Of a stretch of DNA of 64,000 nucleotides, positions 56,557-64,000 are shown in pieces; within the stretch, counting starts at the first letter, position 1, and every line of letters starts with the position of its first letter. The position numbers and the translations under genes were made by a program. This DNA is from Leptospirales bacterium (GTDB taxonomy: Bacteria > Spirochaetota > Leptospiria > Turneriellales > JAOUFE01): contig JBEQLE010000005.1 in NCBI GenBank assembly GCA_040326155.1, positions 27,041 through 91,040 of the forward strand. Direction: 5' to 3'. The notes beneath the pieces are model-generated. The model was not told the DNA's origin. It saw only the letters and a program-made list of their open reading frames with translations, and searched no databases.

Positions 56557-56676
56557 AAGAGGATAACTATAATCAAATTCAGAAAAACTATTGTGCTTCC
56601 ATAATTTTTCTGAATTCATTACACGATTCATTTCTTAAGAACTGTAAATCGGCCAATTCTGACTAAATCTTTTTTA

Positions 56677-56713
56677 TTTTTTCCTGAATTCCTACCCTTC
56701 CTGCCTTCCTTGC
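56677..56713 (-). repeat. Purine-rich dispersed repeat, copy 7
   Basis: Reverse complement gcaaggaaggcaggaagggtaggaattcaggaaaaaa. Faces copy 6. Confidence 0.8.
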
Positions 56714-56730
56714 AGCACCTCTTCGTTTCC

Positions 56731-58845
56731 TTATTCAGGTTTATGAGCAACAGGACTCAGTGAGTATTTTTTACCGAAAAGGTTAATTGCTTTATTTTCA
56801 CCGATGGGTAAGAGTAAGAATAAAATAAATACGTGGTAAAAGATCATACCGAACCAGAGAAAGTTAATTAACGGATCTGTTTTTACCTGAATAATTAACC
56901 TGTTGTCGTCGGTGGCGTCGGGACGAGCATATTGTATTTTAATATCACCAAAACCGTTGGATATTATACCGGGCTCTGATGTTGGCTGTGGGTCGCCATA
57001 ACTCTCTGTGACAGGGCTGTACATGGGATAGTAGCGTTTTTCAGTTACCGTGGACCCTACTAATCTATTATTTTTATAGATGTTTATACTTACCGCTTCG
57101 TATTTATACCCCGGGCCGTCTTTGGGAAGGTTTGCAAAGGAGACATCAAATGTCGGGTATACTTTATAGTCGGCTACTTCTATTGTATATCCATCAAAGT
57201 ACTCAATTCCTTTTGGATGCAGTTTAAACTGGTACTCTTTAGCATAGGCGAGTCCGGTAAAACCGATGAACATAAAAGCAATGCCGAGGTGAATGGAGTA
57301 TCCCATAAACCTGCGTTTATTCTGGAATAAAATAAGTAAAAGCCCCAGTAAAAAATTCTCATGAGTTACACGAGTTCTTGCCAGAGTTGTTCTAACAAAC
57401 TCTTCAATAACTCCGGTGAATACAAAACCGCACAGAGCAAAACAAGTAAGGGCAAGAGGTTTGTATTGTGCTAACTCAACAGGGGAGATTGTATAATGTG
57501 TATATGCAAAGCCTGCAATTAGAGCAATGAAAAAAACAGCCATGGGAAATCGAAAGTTTTTCCATAACGTTTTACCTGACGTTTTTCTCCAGGAGAGCAG
57601 GGGACCCGCCCCGGTTAAAAACAGGAGTATCAGGCCAAGCGGAGCCATTCTATTGTCAAACCATGTCTGGGTTTTCTGGTCCGCTTCACCCGTAAGCAAT
57701 TCCGATACATTGGCCCACATCGTTCCAAGAAGTATTACGATCACCATGAATATAAGGAGCATATTGTTGAATAAAAAGCCTGCTTCGCGGCTTAAAAAAG
57801 AGTTCATCGGACGGTCTGAACGTAGTTCTGAACTTCGTCTAGTTATCCAGTAAACACTGAATATTATAATGATTCCTAAGAATATGGCAAAGTTTAGTCC
57901 AAGGCCGGTATTGGCAAAAGAGTGAACCGAGTTTATTAAACCGGAACGAGTAATAAATGTACCGAAAATACACAAGAAAAAGGAGATGGTTACAAGTACC
58001 ATATTCCATGTTTTAAACATTTCCCTTTTTTCTTGTACAAGAATACTATGTAAAAATGCGGTAGAGCTTAACCATGGCATTAAAGAAGAGTTCTCGACGG
58101 GGTCCCAGAACCAGTAACCTCCCCAGCCAAGCTCTTCATAGGCCCATTTGCCTCCGAGCATCATTCCTGCGCCTAAAAAGGACCAGGAGAACAGAGTCCA
58201 ACGACGAACCAATCGGGTCCAATTCAAATTGACTCTGCCGGTAATGAGAGACGCCATGGCAATAGCAAAGGGTACGGAAAAAGCAGCGTAACCGATTAAT
58301 AAAGTCGGCGGATGAATGACCATAGCCCAGTGTTGCAGCAATGGACTTAAACCCCGCCCTTCGGGTCCATGGTATGGTATCCCATTTTTTATGATCATTG
58401 TGAAAGGATCGGAGTTTTCAGTGAAATTTCCCACAAGTGAGAAAAACAGGCTGATTCCCATTAATATAATAATCATGGGAGGAACCAGTGTGGGTTCTTC
58501 TTTTTCTACGTGGCGTACAGCAATTGCGGAAAAAAGAGCAATTAAAAAGTTCCAGAATAAAAGTGAACCGGCATTTCCAGCCCAGAGAGCCGAGATTCGG
58601 TAAAATATAGGCAGGTTGTTGCTGACGTAATTGAGTACATAATCAACGGAATAATCACCAATTACAAGCAAATAAAGTAGAATCAGTTCACTAAGCGCCA
58701 GAACAAAAAAGTGCAACATTACACTTTGTCGACTGAGGGCCAGAATGGACCTGTTTCTGGTGGCCATTCCCCAGACCCCCGTACCTAGAGAAAGGGCTGC
58801 GGTTGCAACTGAGAAGGAAAAAAGTACCGAACCGGCTTCAATCAT
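56731..58845 (-). CDS. ccmF: Cytochrome c biogenesis heme lyase CcmF
   Basis: WAGNAGSLLFW, HPP, WWD domain WAYEELGWGGYWFWDPVENSS, SVHSFA. Confidence 0.96.
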   Translation of the reverse strand: MIEAGSVLFSFSVATAALSLGTGVWGMATRNRSILALSRQSVMLHFFVLALSELILLYLLVIGDYSVDYVLNYVSNNLPIFYRISALWAGNAGSLLFWNFLIALFSAIAVRHVEKEEPTLVPPMIIILMGISLFFSLVGNFTENSDPFTMIIKNGIPYHGPEGRGLSPLLQHWAMVIHPPTLLIGYAAFSVPFAIAMASLITGRVNLNWTRLVRRWTLFSWSFLGAGMMLGGKWAYEELGWGGYWFWDPVENSSLMPWLSSTAFLHSILVQEKREMFKTWNMVLVTISFFLCIFGTFITRSGLINSVHSFANTGLGLNFAIFLGIIIIFSVYWITRRSSELRSDRPMNSFLSREAGFLFNNMLLIFMVIVILLGTMWANVSELLTGEADQKTQTWFDNRMAPLGLILLFLTGAGPLLSWRKTSGKTLWKNFRFPMAVFFIALIAGFAYTHYTISPVELAQYKPLALTCFALCGFVFTGVIEEFVRTTLARTRVTHENFLLGLLLILFQNKRRFMGYSIHLGIAFMFIGFTGLAYAKEYQFKLHPKGIEYFDGYTIEVADYKVYPTFDVSFANLPKDGPGYKYEAVSINIYKNNRLVGSTVTEKRYYPMYSPVTESYGDPQPTSEPGIISNGFGDIKIQYARPDATDDNRLIIQVKTDPLINFLWFGMIFYHVFILFLLLPIGENKAINLFGKKYSLSPVAHKPE

Positions 58846-59267
58846 TATTGCTCCGCAGGTGTCGCTACATTCGATTTATTATATTTCGAATCACATTTAG
58901 CCAGAACATTTTTAGCAACGATGAGGTGTTGAGCTTGATCGTACGTTCCATCGATCGTAACTTCGGAGCCATCTTCAAACGTGTCTGGTAAAAGTCCGTT
59001 TTCACCGGGATAGTGGACTTTCAGTTCATTTATTTCACTTTTTACAATAAAATTTGAATCTGCGCCGTCTATTTCAATACTACCCTCTTTAACATAACCA
59101 AAAATAGTTAAAGGCTTGTTGTTTAATCGGGCAGGATTCTTTTCTAAAGCCTGGTAAAACTTATCAAGCGGGTATTGGGCTTGCGTTTCGCCCTCACTAT
59201 TGGACATAATAAAAAAGCCGAGTGCTATTACGGCTGCTACAATAACTAAGGAAACCTTCATTTTCAT
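58845..59267 (-). CDS. ccmE: Heme chaperone CcmE (CxxxY type)
   Basis: N-terminal TM, GYVKEGSI, LPDTFEDG, VLAKCDSKY. Confidence 0.92.
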   Translation of the reverse strand: MKMKVSLVIVAAVIALGFFIMSNSEGETQAQYPLDKFYQALEKNPARLNNKPLTIFGYVKEGSIEIDGADSNFIVKSEINELKVHYPGENGLLPDTFEDGSEVTIDGTYDQAQHLIVAKNVLAKCDSKYNKSNVATPAEQ

Positions 59268-59425
59268 AAAGGAAACCTGTTTATAGAGTGATATGGTGAC
59301 AAGTACAATATGAGTGATTTTTCTCTAGGACCCTGGATTTATGATTTGAAAAATGGCAAATTCTAAATGAAAAAGTCTTGACACTTACGGTATTTTCAAG
59401 ATTATCGAATCACTGGAGATAACTA

Positions 59426-59965
59426 ATGAAAAAAATTGCAATTATATTGGCCTTGACATTAACTTTTATTACAACAAACCTTTTCAGTAGTGTAGTAATT
59501 GAACAATCGGTTACCGGTACGACTCAGGGTACATTAAGTAATGGCGGGAGTGCCGCGAATTTAACCATAACAGGCTATGTTTTTTTAGCGATTAGCGCTA
59601 TTGGAGCGGTTATATTAACAGTTGCTTCTGTAAAGAACATGAATAATGTTGAACTGGCAGAACAACAAGTAGTCTATTTTTTAAAAGCAAACCATACGAC
59701 GTTGACAAAAGAGTTCAGCCAATCGGAAGGTTATTTCTTTCAGGATATTGCATCAATGAGTGGAATGACCCGAAACGAAGCGAATATTTTGTCTAACGAA
59801 TTTGAAGGCAGTGTCCAACAAAAACGTATGCTGGAAATTTTATCACACCCCATTGACGGAAATTCAGCTAGAGGTTTTGTGCGGAACTTAGGAACGTACA
59901 TGTTAGAACACCTGGGAATGAATCGTGTTATTGATATTTCGTCGCGTCATCTTGCTGCACCATAA
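59426..59965 (+). CDS. Exported DUF3015-like protein
   Basis: Signal peptide, glycine/hydrophobic segment, FLKANHTTLTKEFSQSEGYFFQDIA resembling the DUF3015 'F...N...L..D.A.G.G' core. Upstream of a DUF4105 gene. Confidence 0.55.
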   Translation: MKKIAIILALTLTFITTNLFSSVVIEQSVTGTTQGTLSNGGSAANLTITGYVFLAISAIGAVILTVASVKNMNNVELAEQQVVYFLKANHTTLTKEFSQSEGYFFQDIASMSGMTRNEANILSNEFEGSVQQKRMLEILSHPIDGNSARGFVRNLGTYMLEHLGMNRVIDISSRHLAAP

Positions 59966-60102
59966 AAACCTCGAATCGAATATTCTTCCTTTGGTATTTC
60001 CAATACTATTTGCAATACCATCGTTGTTATAATATGATAATATAACAACGATGATCGAAATATGTCGAAAGTCTTGTTTTGCAGTGCGTGCTATGGTCTA
60101 AT

Positions 60103-63057
60103 ATGAAAAAAACACCTGTATTATTTGTAGTTGCCTTCATTCTCGCCTTTCTTTTCTCGGGGATGATTTTTGCCGAGGCAGATCAAAAATATAAATTACA
60201 AGGCGACTGGACTGCGCAACAGACCGTATGGATAAACCAGGCAACCCGTTTGCTGCCCGAGCAGATGTTGGGTCCGGAAGCACTTCTATTTGTAAAATAT
60301 ACCGGTTCTCATGTTTTAAAAAAAGGGCAGACGCTGGCGCTTCATAAGAGCGGAACCGATCGTTTTGTTTTCTGGTTTTCGCCTGGTAATGAAGAGTTAA
60401 AAATTGCAAAGCAAAAATTAAATTTGCAACGCGCTTTAATCAGGGCAATTTTATGGCGTTACAACGAACACTCCGGTTGGGCCGGTTCACGAGAGTGGCT
60501 CTCTATTAATAAATGGAAAATCCCGATAAAAGATGGAATTGTATTAACTGAAAATAGTAAAAATGGATCGGCTATGGGTTTTACGGAACCTGAAGCAAGA
60601 AAAAGTTCATTAAAAGATTTTCTATATTTTGGCTCCTATTACTTTCTACCAGATAAACCTGAAAAAGATGTCGTAAAAGAGCAGTTTAGGTGTCGCTTTT
60701 TAGCCCAGTCCGAATTTTTCGATTCTAAAATAAACGATATGAACCCGCAATTTCGCTCCTTGTCATTGCAGCCTACCACTCAATGTCAGGAATTCGAGAA
60801 GTGGGCCAGGATGGACGAAATAGATCAATTTGAAATTATACTAGCGGCTCCTTCTACAGTTTTTATCGGCTCCATGTTCGGCCATGTGTTTTTACGCGTT
60901 ATTTCAGCAAATGAAAATGGCGTACGTCCGGTGATGAGTTCACGCTCTTTCGGGTTCGTCGCCGAAACCCATGGACCCATTGAGGCCGACCCCTTTGGCA
61001 TTATTAAAGGTGTTATTGGAACTTACAGAACAATATTGCTGGAGTCCCCTTTTGCCGAAATGTATCGGCAATATGTCGTGATGGAAGATCGTTCTATGCG
61101 CAGGTGGAAACTGAATTTGAACAAGGCGGACAAACGTAAGTTAATGGTTCGAATGTGGACTATGATGCGTAGTTCCGATTACCGATATTATTTTTTCTCC
61201 AACAACTGTGGTACTTATCTAATTGATTTAATTAATGGAATTATGCCCGAAGAGAGTCCCATTTTATACGCAAACGACGGATTGTCCATGCCCACAGCGA
61301 CGATTGATGGATATATAAGTGCTACTGTAAATGATACTGCTTTTGTTGAATATATACCAGACACGTTTGAAAGTATGCGAGAAGAGATGCTAGTGGCTTC
61401 GCGTAAAAGAAAAAAAGAGGCTGAAAAAATAATTCATTATCTAAATATAAAGGAGAACTTGAAAACAGGAAAGAAATTCAAGGTCTCCTTTCAAAAAGCG
61501 ACATCTGCAAACCTGCAAACAAGAGCCGAAGGTTACAGCGAAATAAACGAATATACCAAATATATGACTGGTTCAATTCTGGTATCTTTTTATTCGTTGA
61601 ATTGGTATAGCGCAGTAATTGAAAATTATTTCTCTACCAAAGAAAACCTCAAACAAGAAAAAATATTGAACAGCGAAAGAATACGCGATTTACGAAAACA
61701 GTTATCCGTTAGAAAAAAAAGAGTAGTGACAGACTTTCTTTCTTTATTAACTAGAACAAGAATGACAAAAGGAAACAGATATAAAGAAAATTGGGATAGT
61801 CGTTTTGAAAAAATTATAAAAAGTGTGTTTTCAAACAAATTTAACAACCGCTTTGAAGGTTATTTAAAAACAGAGAATTTTTTAAATAATCATCTAAAAC
61901 CTGAATTGGTTGAAATGGACGAGAGCTTGAAAGAAGAGTGGAACCTGTTTATTTCTTCATTGCGACAACTAATCGTTTTAAGGGCTTATGAAAAATTTGA
62001 TGGGGCTGTCATGACCACAGACCAAATTTTACGCGGTCTTTTAATTACTGACCCTGAGCGTAATCTTTTTTCCCAGCCATATCTGCAAGATATTCTAAAG
62101 TATATTGATTACTCCTTTGTAAGTAATATATCGAAAAACTTAATGCAAGTGCAAATGTACAGGTATGATTTGATTAAGAAAATGAGAAAGGAAGGCATAA
62201 GAATTAGCGAGCTACAACGAGAAATATTTTCTCCCGATCAAATTCAAAAAGAGTACAATGCTTCTTTTTCGCACTCTGGTGCTCAGATGATCTCATTGCA
62301 ACCATACTATTTTAAAAACTCAACACAAACCGAATATGGATTTCTTTGGAAGACGGCGCTGGTTGAGGAATTTTTTGGTGAGAAAAGAAAAGCCGGTTTT
62401 CCATATTTTTCAGAAATGACGCTATTAAAACAAGAGTTATTTACCAGTGTATCGAACAACGGGGTTGAAATTTCAAATTATAAATTAATGGCGGTTGATT
62501 TTCGACAAATTCGGCCGAAAGCTTCGGAAGAAAAATCTTTTTTTGTCACCCCCGGCGCTCATTTTGGAATTTACTATGAAATTGATAATCGTGTAAAAAC
62601 GGAAAATATTACGCAAATACAAATGGGGGCTATTTTTGCCCTTTTTTCACGTCAGCGTTATGAACAACTCGGGTTTTTAGAATTCGATTTAAGTTATAAA
62701 TCTATGCAAACGAAGCTTTTTTCTACGGAAGGTATAATCCAATGGGTTGGTGTACCAGTTATGTTGCAAATTCGACTGCCTTTTCTGGGGCAAAAATTTG
62801 GAATGAACTTCATTCGTTTGAATCTAATGGCAACACCATGGTATAATATAACGAATGACAATTGGGAAAATGATTTTGTAGTTAAAATAACATCAGCTCA
62901 TATACTAAAAGAACATGCGGTTTTATTTGAAAAAAGTCCCGAAAAAGGGGTGAGGTTATTTGCTGATATTTCGTATAAGGTATCGTCCCCCTGGGGGCAG
63001 CCGATACCTTATAGAAATGGAGAATTCATGTTTGCTTTAGGTATTCGCTTTAATTAA
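60103..63057 (+). CDS. DUF4105 / Lnb-like protein with C-terminal beta-barrel
   Basis: Signal peptide, SMFGHVFLR and YYFFSNNCG motifs, amphipathic C-terminal strands ending LGIRFN. Confidence 0.82.
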   Translation: MKKTPVLFVVAFILAFLFSGMIFAEADQKYKLQGDWTAQQTVWINQATRLLPEQMLGPEALLFVKYTGSHVLKKGQTLALHKSGTDRFVFWFSPGNEELKIAKQKLNLQRALIRAILWRYNEHSGWAGSREWLSINKWKIPIKDGIVLTENSKNGSAMGFTEPEARKSSLKDFLYFGSYYFLPDKPEKDVVKEQFRCRFLAQSEFFDSKINDMNPQFRSLSLQPTTQCQEFEKWARMDEIDQFEIILAAPSTVFIGSMFGHVFLRVISANENGVRPVMSSRSFGFVAETHGPIEADPFGIIKGVIGTYRTILLESPFAEMYRQYVVMEDRSMRRWKLNLNKADKRKLMVRMWTMMRSSDYRYYFFSNNCGTYLIDLINGIMPEESPILYANDGLSMPTATIDGYISATVNDTAFVEYIPDTFESMREEMLVASRKRKKEAEKIIHYLNIKENLKTGKKFKVSFQKATSANLQTRAEGYSEINEYTKYMTGSILVSFYSLNWYSAVIENYFSTKENLKQEKILNSERIRDLRKQLSVRKKRVVTDFLSLLTRTRMTKGNRYKENWDSRFEKIIKSVFSNKFNNRFEGYLKTENFLNNHLKPELVEMDESLKEEWNLFISSLRQLIVLRAYEKFDGAVMTTDQILRGLLITDPERNLFSQPYLQDILKYIDYSFVSNISKNLMQVQMYRYDLIKKMRKEGIRISELQREIFSPDQIQKEYNASFSHSGAQMISLQPYYFKNSTQTEYGFLWKTALVEEFFGEKRKAGFPYFSEMTLLKQELFTSVSNNGVEISNYKLMAVDFRQIRPKASEEKSFFVTPGAHFGIYYEIDNRVKTENITQIQMGAIFALFSRQRYEQLGFLEFDLSYKSMQTKLFSTEGIIQWVGVPVMLQIRLPFLGQKFGMNFIRLNLMATPWYNITNDNWENDFVVKITSAHILKEHAVLFEKSPEKGVRLFADISYKVSSPWGQPIPYRNGEFMFALGIRFN

Positions 63058-63998
63058 AACCATAACTTAATTCCCGACTCAGCGCCGTCTGAAAATCGGC
63101 TTTCTCCGAAGCTGTGTCTGTAATACCCCGTAAATATTTCGAACCTGTTAATATGAACTCCCAAACGGAAATTCGTACTCTGGTATATTCTATTTTCATG
63201 TTCCATGTAAGCATATTTCAAGGTAAATGAAATTGGTTTCACAGGATACACCATGAATATAAAGCCAACAGTTTCATCTTGAAAAACTTCTGTACTGTCA
63301 ATTTTTAACCAGGTGTGTTGCCAGAAGGCGCTGAGTGACATATTTCCAAACTGAAAAACTGCTATATCAACCCCTGCTTTCATAATATTGTAGGTAAAGT
63401 AATCTATTTTTATTCCCTGGTATTCAAACAAGGGTCCAAGTATGCTTAACACCCGTCCATGTATAACAGTATTCATCCCATAATAGGTTGGTGAAAGGTA
63501 TTGCCCGCCCACTTCGACATTAAAGAAGACTTTACGATAGTACGGGGGAACGGCCTGCCCATATTTTTCTCCGGCGACATCTGACCTTAGATAGGAGCCT
63601 GGTTGCAACGCCAGGTTTTCTAGAAAGTTTGGACCTTTACCGTAATAGGGGTAGGGGGTGTACCATGTATCTATGTTTAATATAATAAGTAATTTGATAA
63701 CTTCAGCCGCTACTTCGGCACTGCCACCATCATCATTTCCATTGTCAGAACGCTTGCCTTTTTTCCGTTTATCATTACCTTTACCACGTTTGCGATTGTC
63801 CTTGTTTTTGTCCTTATCTTTGTCGTGGCCATACTTGTTGCCTCTGCCGCGTTCACGATTATTTTTGCCTTTGTTTTTATCTTTGTCGTGACCATATTTA
63901 TTGCCTTTGCCGCGTTCACGGTTGTTCCGCTGTTCGTTGTCTTTTCGTTTTTTATCGCCAGAGTCGCGTTTTTTTCTGTCGTTGTCTTTTCTCTTTTT
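63054..63998 (-). CDS. Putative outer-membrane beta-barrel protein with charged low-complexity N-terminal region (5' end outside window)
   Basis: The frame of the 63054..63608 ORF stays open to the window edge: KKRKDNDRKKRDSGD...NNRERGKGNKYGHDKDKNKGK NNRERGRGNKYGHDKDKDK...YTPYPYY...GIKLWF*. Confidence 0.7.
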   Translation of the reverse strand, partial: KKRKDNDRKKRDSGDKKRKDNEQRNNRERGKGNKYGHDKDKNKGKNNRERGRGNKYGHDKDKDKNKDNRKRGKGNDKRKKGKRSDNGNDDGGSAEVAAEVIKLLIILNIDTWYTPYPYYGKGPNFLENLALQPGSYLRSDVAGEKYGQAVPPYYRKVFFNVEVGGQYLSPTYYGMNTVIHGRVLSILGPLFEYQGIKIDYFTYNIMKAGVDIAVFQFGNMSLSAFWQHTWLKIDSTEVFQDETVGFIFMVYPVKPISFTLKYAYMEHENRIYQSTNFRLGVHINRFEIFTGYYRHSFGESRFSDGAESGIKLWF

Positions 63999-64000
63999 AT

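Noticed and set aside
40229..56713. Purine-rich repeats as a CRISPR array
   Set aside because: Copies are dispersed, variable, inverted and not separated by regular spacers. No cas genes are present.
63658..63919. Short ORFs 63658..63891 (+) and 63710..63919 (-)
   Set aside because: Alternative-frame artefacts of the low-complexity tract belonging to the 63054..>63998 gene.

Overview
Chromosomal DNA from an AT-rich diderm bacterium, most likely a Leptospirales-like spirochaete. This is inferred from fliL-fliY adjacency, a CxxxY-type CcmE and the overall gene set. Most of the window is core housekeeping: fliL/fliY, proA-nadD-mnmG-uvrB, kdsD/xseB, argB-tadA-amidase, lnt/pgi, two divergent chemoreceptors, CIRCE-hrcA-grpE-dnaK-dnaJ, murC-ligA-murD, tig, msbA, thrB, ccmEF and a DUF3015/DUF4105 (Lnb-like) pair. 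Several accessory patches sit between core genes. The main one (about 5.1-13.0 kb) holds a giant kinase-AAA-GAF-GGDEF gene, an AT-rich AlaDH-superfamily gene with integron-cassette-like boundaries, and three collapsed gene remnants. It is bracketed by an inward-facing pair of a purine-rich dispersed repeat (AAGGAARGCAGGAA). Seven copies of this repeat occur in the window, including two 'empty' inward-facing pairs only about 170-210 bp apart. A second ~100-bp element occurs twice at accessory/core junctions. Other accessory items are two toxin-antitoxin loci and a nuclease-less 'homing-endonuclease-associated repeat' protein with operator-like palindromes. I saw no rRNA, tRNA, CRISPR array, transposase or integrase.
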